From Balanoglossus misakiensis (Eukaryota > Animalia > Hemichordata), in the NCBI GenBank assembly GCA_040954595.2, contig JBECUI020000025.1, forward strand, positions 124,001 to 188,000: a DNA stretch of 64,000 nucleotides, in the 5' to 3' direction. A model generated the notes under the pieces. The model made no database searches and was not told the origin of the DNA. It was given only the letters and a program-made list of their open reading frames with translations. The first letter of the stretch is position 1. Each line of letters opens with the position of its first letter. Below are positions 36,817 through 47,400 of the stretch, piece by piece. Position numbers and translations under genes: made by a program.

Positions 36817-38199
36817 TTATATATGAATAGTCCAGCCAGCCACTCCCCGTGATGCTTCCATAAGTGCTTCGGATAGTGTCGGATGTGCGTGTATCATTGT
36901 AGCAATATCATCAGGTAAAAGTTCGGATTGCTGAGCCAGCAATAGTTCGTGAATGAGTTCTGTCGCATTATAACCAAATATATGCCCACCAAGAATCTCA
37001 TGAGTTTTCTTATCATAGAGTATTTTTACCATTCCCTCATCTGCACTTATGGCAACCGCCTTGCCAGCACCTCGATAGGGAAATGACACGACACCAGCGT
37101 CTCGTTCTCTAGCCTGTTCTTCATTTAGTCCAAATCCTGCCAACTGCGGTTCGCAATACACCACCGACGGTACAGTAGTCGGATCAACCTGCGGGATCGG
37201 GTCCTTTCCGGCAATGTATTCGGCTACAATTTCCCCCTCCTTACTCGCAACATGGGCAAGCTGTGGTGTTACGTTTACAACATCGCCAATAGCAAAAACA
37301 TGTTCGAGAGAGGTCTGATAATAGGGTCCCACACTGATGTAGCCGTCTTCGGTTGCAAGCCCAAGTTTTTCAAGATTGAGATCTTCAGTATTTGGACTTC
37401 GCCCAACCGAAACGAGCAATGCTTCTGCTTCAATAGTTTTCTGTTTGGCAGATTGTTCAACTACGAGCTGCACCCCTTTTTTAGTAACGATTCGCGACTG
37501 TGCCTTCGTTGAACACTGTATCCCCACCCCCTGCTTGATGAGCGAATTCTGCACCAAAGCGGCAAACTCACGATCCTCAGTCGGCAAGATCCTATCTAAC
37601 AACTCGATTATCTGTACTTCCACCCCAAAACTATTGAGAACATAGGCAAACTCAATACCGATAACCCCGCCGCCCATAATAATCATTGAGCGCGGCAATT
37701 TTTTCAGTGCCAGTATACCAGTTGATGACAGTATTCGTTCCTCATCAAACTCAAATCCGGGAATGGATCGTGGACGGGAACCAGTAGCAATAATAATATT
37801 CTTGGCCTTCATGGTCTTGCCTGATTTTTTTAGCTTGACTTCTTCTGCGGATACCATGCTCGCCCAGTCTTCTATATAGGTTACCTTGTTCTTTTTCAGT
37901 AGTCCGCTGACCCCAGCTGCTAACTTTTTTGCAGCCTGACGCGATATATTGTGTACATTTTCATAGGAAAATGTACTTCTATCAATACCAACACCCCAAC
38001 GTTCCGCCTCAGCTAACCTGTTGTACAGTTCCGCCTGATGAATAATTGCCTTCGACGGAATACAACCCCAGTTCAGACAAACTCCACCCGGCTTATCCGC
38101 CTCAATAATTGCAACATTCAATCCTAATTGTGCAGCTCTAATTGCACTGACATAGCCACCGGGACCGGCGCCAATAATTATTACATCATATGTATCCAT
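36817..38199 (-). CDS. lpdA: Dihydrolipoyl dehydrogenase (E3)
   Basis: Motifs GAGPGGY, GGVCLNWGCIPSK and HAHPTLSE. Confidence 0.97.
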   Translation of the reverse strand: MDTYDVIIIGAGPGGYVSAIRAAQLGLNVAIIEADKPGGVCLNWGCIPSKAIIHQAELYNRLAEAERWGVGIDRSTFSYENVHNISRQAAKKLAAGVSGLLKKNKVTYIEDWASMVSAEEVKLKKSGKTMKAKNIIIATGSRPRSIPGFEFDEERILSSTGILALKKLPRSMIIMGGGVIGIEFAYVLNSFGVEVQIIELLDRILPTEDREFAALVQNSLIKQGVGIQCSTKAQSRIVTKKGVQLVVEQSAKQKTIEAEALLVSVGRSPNTEDLNLEKLGLATEDGYISVGPYYQTSLEHVFAIGDVVNVTPQLAHVASKEGEIVAEYIAGKDPIPQVDPTTVPSVVYCEPQLAGFGLNEEQARERDAGVVSFPYRGAGKAVAISADEGMVKILYDKKTHEILGGHIFGYNATELIHELLLAQQSELLPDDIATMIHAHPTLSEALMEASRGVAGWTIHI

Positions 38200-38218
38200 A
38201 ATCTTCTCCTACCTTTTA

Positions 38219-39430
38219 TCAAAATAAGGACCGTACCGGATATTCCATAATGCCCTTCAAATCGGCAAGGAAACGGGCTCCAGCAACACCGTCAATAACT
38301 CGATGATCACAGGACAATGACATTTGCATCCGCTGTTCAGCAGTTATACTGCCATCATCTGCAAAAATTGGAACCTTGCGGACCGCTCCCAGTGCAAGAA
38401 TGGCAGAACCCGGTGGGTTAATGATTGCCGTGAACTCATCAATTCCAAAAGAACCGAGATTAGTAATGGTAAACGTTGCATTCGTGTACTCTTCGGGACG
38501 TAGCTTGTTATCGCTTGCCTTCTGAATAAGCTCTTTCAATTCCTGATCAATCTCGGTAATGCCCTTTTCAGCACAGTTTCGTACAACCGGTGTAATAAGT
38601 CCATTCCCGCGGTCAACTGCTAGTCCGATATCTATGCTGCCAAACTGCAGAATTGCATCTTCTTCCCAAGTAGCATTAACATTCGCATGGCGACGCAAAG
38701 CCTCAGCAACAAACTTAATAAAAAAGGCGTTCATGCCAACCTTTTTCGGAACCGTTTCGTTCAGCATACGACGTGCATGAATAACAGATGCCATATCAAC
38801 TGCTAATTTAAGATAGTAATGCGGTGCAGTAAACTTCGATTCCGATAGCCGTCTGGCAATAATGGAGCGCACCTTGGTAAGAGGGATACGCGTATCTTGC
38901 AGCACCCGGGTTGTACCAACAGTGGCCCCTGATGCGAGCGCCGTCTCAACATCCCTTTTGATAATTCTCCCATTCGGACCGCTGCCTGAAAGGCTTGCTA
39001 GTTCAATCTTTCCATCTTTTGCAATACGACGGGCAAGTGGTGATGCCTTAATCTTGTCGGATTTTGTTGATGCCTGGGCAGGTGGCTGTGTAGATAGGGT
39101 TGCAGGGGGAGCAGTAGAGGGCGATGTGCTTGTGGGGGGCGAAGTAGGCGCTGTCGTTACTTTTTTAGTCAACAGACTGCTAATGTCCTCACCCTTCTTC
39201 CCAATTATGGCAATCGTCTCTCCAACAGCGGCCGCACTGCCTTCTTCAATCTGTATTTTTAGGAGAACACCAGTCTGCGTCGACTCGTATTCCATGCTAG
39301 CCTTGTCGGTTTCCACCTCACAGATAACATCACCAGAGGAAATGTTATCTCCCTCCTTCTTTAACCACTTTTGAATAAGACCCTCTTCCATTGTCGGAGA
39401 GAATGCCATCATTAATATTTTCTCTGCCAT
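38219..39430 (-). CDS. pdhC: Pyruvate dehydrogenase E2 dihydrolipoamide acetyltransferase
   Basis: Lipoyl motif EVETDKA, ASPLARRIA binding domain, and catalytic SCDHRVIDG. Start MAEKIL. Confidence 0.95.
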   Translation of the reverse strand: MAEKILMMAFSPTMEEGLIQKWLKKEGDNISSGDVICEVETDKASMEYESTQTGVLLKIQIEEGSAAAVGETIAIIGKKGEDISSLLTKKVTTAPTSPPTSTSPSTAPPATLSTQPPAQASTKSDKIKASPLARRIAKDGKIELASLSGSGPNGRIIKRDVETALASGATVGTTRVLQDTRIPLTKVRSIIARRLSESKFTAPHYYLKLAVDMASVIHARRMLNETVPKKVGMNAFFIKFVAEALRRHANVNATWEEDAILQFGSIDIGLAVDRGNGLITPVVRNCAEKGITEIDQELKELIQKASDNKLRPEEYTNATFTITNLGSFGIDEFTAIINPPGSAILALGAVRKVPIFADDGSITAEQRMQMSLSCDHRVIDGVAGARFLADLKGIMEYPVRSLF

Positions 39431-39431
39431 A

Positions 39432-40412
39432 TTACCCCCTATAACAGACCTGTTTAACAGTCTGAACAATTTTTTCTACCGACGGCTGTGCTGCGAGTTC
39501 CAAAGAATGATTATAGGGCCAAGGAACATCTTCAGACGAAATAAATTCTACCTCAGCATCAAGCGTGTCAAAACAGTTTTTTGAAATGAGCCATGCAACA
39601 TGGCTACCAACACTGGCAACCGGCCATGACTCATCAACAACAAGCGCTCTATTCGTCTTGCGTACCGATTCATATATCGTTTCTTCATCTAAGGGGCGTA
39701 TCGTTCGTAGATCTACAACTTCTACCGATATGCCGTCCTTTTCTAAGATCTCTGCTGCTTCCATAACCATTTTCAGTGGTTTGCTGTAAACAACAATGGT
39801 AACATCTGAGCCGCTCCGCTTTACATCTGCCTTGCCAATAGGAATAAGATATTCCTCTTCCGGCACCTCGCCCTTCCAGGCATAGGCAAGTTCACTTTCT
39901 AAGAAAACAACCGGGTTGTTATCTCTAATTGCACTCTTCAAAAGCCCCTTGGCATCATATGCTGTTGCCGGTGCAATTACCTTCAAGCCGGGAATATGGG
40001 CATAGTAGCTTTGCAATGCTTGTGAATGCTGGGAAGAAAGGTATTCCGCAGGGCCGTTCGGTCCTCGAAAAACAATGGGACAGGTAAACTGACCCCCAGA
40101 CATGTAACGCATCTTGGCAGCATTATTTACTACCTGATCGAGGGCAAGAAGAGAAAAGTTTAGGGTCATCCATTCAATGACCGGTCGCAATCCGGCAAGT
40201 GCCGCTCCAACGCCAACGCCTGTAAATCCCAGCTCGGTTATCGGTGTATCAATAACCCTCTTCTGACCATATTTCTTTAGAAGACCACGGCTGACTTTGT
40301 ATGCACCTTCATAGTACCCTGTTTCTTCTCCCATAAGAAAAACACTCTTATCACGTGCCATTTCCTCATCAAGCGCTTGACCTAGTGCTTCACGCACAGT
40401 TATTTCAGGCAT
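39432..40412 (-). CDS. pdhB: Pyruvate dehydrogenase E1 beta
   Basis: Motifs IDTPITELGF, PIVFRGPNG and SQHSQ. Confidence 0.96.
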   Translation of the reverse strand: MPEITVREALGQALDEEMARDKSVFLMGEETGYYEGAYKVSRGLLKKYGQKRVIDTPITELGFTGVGVGAALAGLRPVIEWMTLNFSLLALDQVVNNAAKMRYMSGGQFTCPIVFRGPNGPAEYLSSQHSQALQSYYAHIPGLKVIAPATAYDAKGLLKSAIRDNNPVVFLESELAYAWKGEVPEEEYLIPIGKADVKRSGSDVTIVVYSKPLKMVMEAAEILEKDGISVEVVDLRTIRPLDEETIYESVRKTNRALVVDESWPVASVGSHVAWLISKNCFDTLDAEVEFISSEDVPWPYNHSLELAAQPSVEKIVQTVKQVCYRG

Positions 40413-41403
40413 CAGTATTCTCCTCTACTAGTATATCTTCGTATAATTGTTCCAGTGTCGGTTCAGGACTGGCTTCTGCAAACTCAACTGATTTCTCGAC
40501 AATATCACGTATTTCATTATCCATAGCTTCACATTTACTCTTGGTAAGAATATTCTCCTTAATGAGATACTCCCTCAATCGATTAATGGGATCACGAACA
40601 CGGTATTCCTCGACCTCTTTCTTCTCCCTATATTTGCCCGGATCGCTCATCGAATGACCTCGATACCTATAGGTTTGTGCATGAATAATAAAGGGGGTTT
40701 GATTCTGGCGAACATGATCAACCGCTTCTTTTGTTTTTTCGTATACATCAAAGAAATTCATTCCGTCTATCACGACGCTGCGAATGCCATATACTGATGC
40801 AATTTCATCAAAAGATGAAATACCGGATATTCTTTTTATCGGCGTGCCCATTCCATACTGATTGTTCTCTACGATATATATAATCGGAAGATTCCATATC
40901 TTTGCTAGATTCAGGCTTTCATGAAAAGCCCCCTGATGGAATGCTCCGTCACCAAAGTAGCACAGACTGACTCCTTTCTCCTCATTATATGCCTGCTTAA
41001 AAGCAACCCCGGTTGCAACGGGAATCTGGGATGCAACAATGCCGTTTCCCCCGAAAAAATGTCCCTCGACATCGAACAAGTGCATTGATCCACCCTTGCC
41101 CTTTGAACATCCGCTTGCCTTGCCATATAATTCCGCCATAATCGAATTAGCTGACATACCAATAGCAAGAGCATGCCCATGATCCCGATAAGAAGTAAAG
41201 ATATAGTCTTTTTTCATATCAAGAGCTGCAATGCTTCCCACTGCGACCGCCTCTTGTCCAATATATAAATGACAAAAACCATTTATTTTCTTTATGCCGT
41301 ACATCTGTGCTGATTTTTCTTCAAAAATCCTGATTAAAAGCATGTCATAATAAGACTTCTTCAAAAACGAAGAACTGTACGACTTTTTTACCTGTTTCTT
41401 CAT
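40405..41403 (-). CDS. pdhA: Pyruvate dehydrogenase E1 alpha
   Basis: Motifs GFCHLYIGQEA, GKGGSMH, GDGA (TPP binding) and YRYRGHSMSDP. Confidence 0.97.
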   Translation of the reverse strand: MKKQVKKSYSSSFLKKSYYDMLLIRIFEEKSAQMYGIKKINGFCHLYIGQEAVAVGSIAALDMKKDYIFTSYRDHGHALAIGMSANSIMAELYGKASGCSKGKGGSMHLFDVEGHFFGGNGIVASQIPVATGVAFKQAYNEEKGVSLCYFGDGAFHQGAFHESLNLAKIWNLPIIYIVENNQYGMGTPIKRISGISSFDEIASVYGIRSVVIDGMNFFDVYEKTKEAVDHVRQNQTPFIIHAQTYRYRGHSMSDPGKYREKKEVEEYRVRDPINRLREYLIKENILTKSKCEAMDNEIRDIVEKSVEFAEASPEPTLEQLYEDILVEENTDA

Positions 41404-41472
41404 ACTACCTCACAATTCGCCAAGTCAACATACCTTATAGTTTGTATCTTTCTTGCTCATTATGCAAGACCC

Positions 41473-41748
41473 TTACCACTCTAAAGAAAAATCTTTGTAG
41501 GTGATACGCCCATCTTCCTCGCTAACAGCAATGTTTTCTACATGTGCTCCCATTGGCCCCTCCTTGCAGTATTCCAAAAGCTGCATAAGCGCATCTGCCT
41601 TTCCTTGTGCAATAACCCGTACTGTATTCCCCGGAAGATTACAGACTGTTCCGCCAATTCCAAGGGTACGTGCATGCTGCATAATAAAATATCGAAAACC
41701 AACTCCTTGCACCAAACCGCTGATAAGAAATTTTTTTGTTATTATCAT
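41473..41748 (-). CDS. acyP: Acylphosphatase
   Basis: Motifs GLVQGVGFR and G.V.N. Start MIITKK overlaps the upstream stop. Confidence 0.9.
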   Translation of the reverse strand: MIITKKFLISGLVQGVGFRYFIMQHARTLGIGGTVCNLPGNTVRVIAQGKADALMQLLEYCKEGPMGAHVENIAVSEEDGRITYKDFSLEW

Positions 41749-42437
41749 ACAGTTTCCTTTTTGGGTGGCACGGCAACCAGATTCCATATCGATCGGGGGC
41801 TGATGTCCCGGTGCAAGGTCCTATCACGACTCCGATAAAGACCGTGGATACGATATCCCATCTCAATCAAGGCATCGGACAGTGCCTCGCGAGTGTAGGA
41901 AAGATTGTGAGTATTTTCATACGAGTATTCTAGCACAAGATAGGGTTTTCGCCGAACAAAAAGTTTTTTCGCCCCCTGCAGTACCATGAGCTCGGCACCT
42001 TCGACATCAATCTTAATGATATCCGGAAGGGATAATTGATACTTCGTTATAACATGGTCTAAACAGTGCAACTCTATCGGACTGCTATCCAGATACTCGA
42101 TCCCATAATGTGCACATTCATTGCTTGATCGCATACCAAGACTATCAAAACTATCATCACTGTACCGGTGTAAGACCGCCTCAGTGTTTTCTTTCCATAG
42201 TGCAAGTTGTAGGGCACGGATATTGCTGTAAGAATCAATCTTTTCATTCAGCAAGCGAAAAGAGCGCTTCTCGGGCTCAAAACTGATAATTTCTTTGCAG
42301 ATATCGGCAAGGGCACATGAAAAAAAACCTTGATGTGCCCCTATATCATAAAAAATCGGTAAGCGACGATGTTTACTCTGACAACGTTCTGCAAGAACCC
42401 GGAGCCAATGCAGTACATTAGCATGAATATCATTCAT
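41745..42437 (-). CDS. FkbM family methyltransferase
   Basis: Motifs YDIGAHQG, SFEP and IKIDVEGAELMVLQGA. Confidence 0.9.
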   Translation of the reverse strand: MNDIHANVLHWLRVLAERCQSKHRRLPIFYDIGAHQGFFSCALADICKEIISFEPEKRSFRLLNEKIDSYSNIRALQLALWKENTEAVLHRYSDDSFDSLGMRSSNECAHYGIEYLDSSPIELHCLDHVITKYQLSLPDIIKIDVEGAELMVLQGAKKLFVRRKPYLVLEYSYENTHNLSYTREALSDALIEMGYRIHGLYRSRDRTLHRDISPRSIWNLVAVPPKKETV

Positions 42438-42445
42438 GTATGAAA

Positions 42446-44320
42446 CTACTGCAAGGCCTTCTCAAGTATACGGGTAAGAGAGGTGGAAAAGGCACCAACA
42501 TCGTTGGGTTCTGCCCCCTCGTTCATAAGGGCTTGCTCATACAGCAATAACACCATATCAGGAAAGAGCGGCGTATCTATCTTCTTTGTCATATCCTGTA
42601 TAATTGAATGCGTCGCAGAGACTTCCAGTATTGGTTTTGCATCGGCAGTGCCATGTCCCATAGCTTTCATAACCTGCTGCATACGTAGGTTCGGATCGTG
42701 TTCCCCCCAAACAACACAGGCAGGAGCCTCGTGAATTCTTGATGAAAAACGTACATCCTGTACATGATCTGCAAGAATTTTTTTGAAATTATCGAGAAGA
42801 ATTTGAAACTCCTCCTCTACTTTCGGCTGCTCGTTGTCGGAACCCGAACGATTGATTGCCTTAAATTCCATGCCCTCATAGTTGCCGATACCGGGGAGTA
42901 CCATATCGTCGATCTCATCATCCATAATAAGCACTTCGATAGCATTCTCCTTGTATCCCGCAACAAGAGCAGAACTTTTTAATCGCTGTTCATTGGCTCC
43001 ACTGATATAGTGGATATGCTTCTGATCGGCTGACATACGCGATTTGTAATCGGCAAGACTGGTATAGCCCTCTACCATGCTGGATTTATAACGTACAATC
43101 TTTAGGAGCAATTCCCTGTTGGTAAAATCAGAATAGAGTCCTTCCTTTATGGTCTTGTTGTACGCTTCTATGAAGGTTGTAAACTTCTTAGTATCTTCTT
43201 GTGCTATCCGTATGAGCTCATTCAAAATTTTCTTTACAATTGCATTGCGAATATTTGCAATAATCTTGTTCTCTTGCAGCATTTCCCGACTGACGTTAAG
43301 AGGAAGATCCTCCGAATCGATAATGCCCCGCAAAAAGCGAAGATAGGAAGGCACGAGATCTCGTTTATCATCTGTAATAAAGACACGTTGTATGTAGAGT
43401 TTTATGCCCGGGGTATAATCAACATGAAAAAGATCCGGCGGTGCCTTGGCGGGAACATAGAGAAGGGATGTATATTCCAACCCACCCTCTGCTTGGGTAT
43501 GCAAATAGAACAGAGGATCATCGCTTGCAAAGGAGGTACTCTTATAAAATGTATTGTACTCTTCGGCAGTGATGTCCGATTTTGCTCGACGCCACAATGC
43601 GGTTGCCACATTAATCTGTTTGCTCTCTTTTTTCTTGATGGGAGTACTGTCGGCACTGTTCTCTTCCTTTGATTCTTCAGCCTTTTTCTCCTCCTGTTCA
43701 AAGTAATGCATATAAATAGGAAACTGTATGTGGTTGGAATACTTTTCAACAATGCTTTCAATGGACCAACGGGTCGCATAGTCCTTTCCCTCATCATTCA
43801 AAAAGAGGGTTACCGTCGTTCCTTGGCTATCACGGACGCTCTCTGAGATCTCATACGCCCCTTTGCCATCAGACGTCCATCGCCATGCCTGTTGTTCTCC
43901 CGCCTTCTTACTGACAATCTCGACCTTCTCCGAAACCATAAAGGAACTGTAAAATCCGACACCAAACTGCCCGATCTGTCCTACCCCTTTGCGTGCATCT
44001 GCATTAAGATTTTCAAGAAACTTACGTGTTCCCGACCGCGCGATGGTGCCAAGATTTTCCTGCAAGTCCTTATCATTCATGCCTATGCCCGTATCTCGGA
44101 TAACAATCATCGTTTTTTCATCAAACTCAATATCAATACGAAATTCCGTATCAATATCCTTATATTTTTTATCGCTGATGATGAGATATTTTAACTTATC
44201 AAGCGCGTCTGATGCATTGGACAGCAGTTCTCTCAAAAAAACTTCTTTGTTCGAATACAAAGAATGGACAATAATATCAAGCAGTTGTGTAACTTCTGTT
44301 TTAAATTGATGTTTTCCCAT
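42446..44320 (-). CDS. htpG: Molecular chaperone HtpG (Hsp90)
   Basis: Motifs YSNKEVFLRELLSNASDA, IGQFGVGFYS and DLPLNVSRE. Start MGKHQF. Confidence 0.97.
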   Translation of the reverse strand: MGKHQFKTEVTQLLDIIVHSLYSNKEVFLRELLSNASDALDKLKYLIISDKKYKDIDTEFRIDIEFDEKTMIVIRDTGIGMNDKDLQENLGTIARSGTRKFLENLNADARKGVGQIGQFGVGFYSSFMVSEKVEIVSKKAGEQQAWRWTSDGKGAYEISESVRDSQGTTVTLFLNDEGKDYATRWSIESIVEKYSNHIQFPIYMHYFEQEEKKAEESKEENSADSTPIKKKESKQINVATALWRRAKSDITAEEYNTFYKSTSFASDDPLFYLHTQAEGGLEYTSLLYVPAKAPPDLFHVDYTPGIKLYIQRVFITDDKRDLVPSYLRFLRGIIDSEDLPLNVSREMLQENKIIANIRNAIVKKILNELIRIAQEDTKKFTTFIEAYNKTIKEGLYSDFTNRELLLKIVRYKSSMVEGYTSLADYKSRMSADQKHIHYISGANEQRLKSSALVAGYKENAIEVLIMDDEIDDMVLPGIGNYEGMEFKAINRSGSDNEQPKVEEEFQILLDNFKKILADHVQDVRFSSRIHEAPACVVWGEHDPNLRMQQVMKAMGHGTADAKPILEVSATHSIIQDMTKKIDTPLFPDMVLLLYEQALMNEGAEPNDVGAFSTSLTRILEKALQ

Positions 44321-44437
44321 ACTGATTAAGGTATCAATTTTACTTTGTTTATACAAGCATAGATATACAACCGTTGGCAGCAAAAAAGAATATTTTGCTT
44401 GAAAAAAACCGAAGAGATGTTATACTATACCTAATGT

Positions 44438-47400
44438 ATGAGTTCTAAAAGAAAAATATGTTTTTTAGTATATAGAATTCTACCAGCACTGAAAAAAGCA
44501 TTGAATCTTGGAAAATTTCTTCCGCTTGTGGTTCTTCTTTTGGCATCGTGTGGTAGTACCTCAGTACAATCAGATAGGAGCGAAAAAGTATGGACCCCGG
44601 ATATACGGGTAAGCAACATCTCTTTTGACTCTCTGAATGTGGCGTGGACTCCCCCTATCGATAATGATGTATTCGCTTATATCATTACCCTGCAGCAGCC
44701 CGATATGGAAGAAGCAATACAGATACAGGTGCAACCGAACGAACTCATTGCTACCGGGAACGACGGTCGCGTTTCGTATACTATCACTGGTCTTATACCA
44801 AACATGCAGTACACGATATGGATAGAATGCCAATCGAATACTGTGCAGTATTCTTCGCCCCCGCCAAAACAAATACTAACAGAACAATCCGATGAAAGCA
44901 CTGCGCCTTCTACTCCTACGTTTTCGTTGATGGATGTATCAATGAGCACCATAACGGTAACTTGGGAAGAATCGATACCAGGCATGCAAGCGGACGGGGA
45001 AACATCGGCACCGACCCAATACGAGTTTGAATACAAACAACAGCAAACAACTGAATGGATTAGCCTACAAGAGCAGGGCACAAGTATTACCCTGACCGAC
45101 CTGACAACACTAACCCACTATGATATACGTTTGCGTGCTGTGAACGCAGACAACCCTGCAAAACAGAGCGAATGGCAAACAGAGGTCATACAGACCTTTG
45201 GTATCGAGTCGATGAGTATCCTTATTGAAAACTCGGAAGCCCCGCCCTCTTGGGAAATGACTACCGGAACAACAATTCAATTACAGGTTGCCATTGTTAC
45301 GCATGGTCTGGACCATGATGTTTCGTGGAGTAGTAGCCAAGAAGCAGTTGCTACTGTCGATCAAACCAGTGGCTTGCTATCTGCTGTTATGGAGGGTGAA
45401 AGCCTTATTACGGCAAGGGCAGTTGCAGATCCGACATGGACACGAGAGATACGTATTATCGTAACACGGCAAGCAATCCATACACCCGATCAACTTACCA
45501 ATATCAGGATTGATCAGATTCCGAGTTCTAATCGTGTTACTGTAACATTGGACTGGGATGCTCCTGCCCCTGGAGAAATAGACACGAATACCCCAGCAGA
45601 AATTACCAGCTATACGCTGTATTGGAAGGCATCTTCCCCAGTACAGATGAATGACTACGACGATACAAGAAGCATTCCCGCCGACCAGCTGTCTACCAGC
45701 ATAGAAGACCTGCCGGGTGATACATCGTATTCCTTTATTATAACGGCAACGAATAACGGGGGATATACAAGTTTGCCCAGTATTCCTATTGAAATACGTA
45801 CTGCAAATTTACAAATTTCCCCCGATGCAATAGAATCCATTCAGGTAGTTGAACAGTCAACCTATTCCCTGACCCTGTCATGGATAGGAGCAAACTCACC
45901 GGGACAGGATTCCTTTGGTGATAGCCTTGCACCACCAAGTTATCAGGTATATCTGATACAACAAAGTTTGCTCGGTATGAACGCAGACCCATCCTCAATT
46001 GTTGCATTATTCGAACCGCAAGCCGACGATAATCCCTTTGATAGGTCTATTATTCTTACCGGACTTACCTCCCAAACTGCGTATTATCTCGTTATACAAA
46101 CAGTTCCATCAGCCGGGACATTCCCCAATATACTAAGTCCAAGGTTCACTGTACAAACGGCTCTGCCCTATATTCATAGTCTAACCTACAACAGCGAAGA
46201 ATCTATTTCAGCCCGTATCGGCGGAGAATATCCAGTACAAAAGACATCCGAACCTCCTGCTGAACTGAGCATTAGCTATGCACTTACTGATTCTGAACCG
46301 GGTATTACCATTAATACAGACGGCACCATTGTTGTTGATCACACTGTACCGGCAAACACGTATACAATTACCGTTACTATTGAACAGCAGATGAATACCC
46401 TCTCCGATACCCATATCATTACTGTTCCTATTACCGTAGTTGACCATTACTTCTTTGGTGATATTCGATATGACAGCGAGGAACCTATCACATATGGTGC
46501 TACCATGGTATCCTACATGCCACAAGGATTAGACACCTTTCCTTCCGCCCCACCCCCAGCACCGAATTTCAGGTTGACCAGTATGATTGTCAATAGGGAA
46601 ACTGAAATAACAGATCCGACTATACTGGCTGCCTTCTGCACAGTAGACCCAATTTCAGGAGAAATAACCCTTGCATCGAATACCATTCTGCCGGGCACAT
46701 ACCTGTTGAATATCACTATTGATGCACTTCCACTATACTACGGTAATATTGCCGTTTCTCCTACAATACATATCCGTAAGGAATCACTCAATCAATTTAG
46801 TTTCAACTATGGAGCCATTCCGGAAGCATCACCTGGAGAAGAAATAACCTATCCCATTGCTTACTCCGATATTCCAGATGGAGTATCAATGAGATATGAA
46901 ATGCTTAGTGCACAACCTGGAATTACAATAGATGCCAATACCGGTACAATAACCGTTAATGCAACCAGTGGTACCTACCTTGTTACCCTATATGCTGTAT
47001 CGCCTGATAGCATGATCTATGAGGGTCAGACACAACCAATTACTATTACCATTACTGTTGGTGAAAGCGATATCATCGACTTCCTTTACAAACACGATAC
47101 ACAAGCACAGGGATACTTCGGCATTGGTGATATCGACAATGCATTTCTCTTTATGATATCAGGTCGATCACATACGAATAATCTAATAGGAACACTAAAG
47201 ATATACGATACTAGCAACCCTAGTACCATTATCTTTGATAGTAATACTTTTTCAGGTACTGTGCTTACAGCAATGTCAGGCATGGTTGGAATCGGTCCAC
47301 AGATAGCATACGCAGACTGGACTAGTAGGTACGCGAGTATAAGCAGAATAAGCATTGAGGTCTCTATTTCAGTCTTTGATGCATCAACAAACAGTATAAA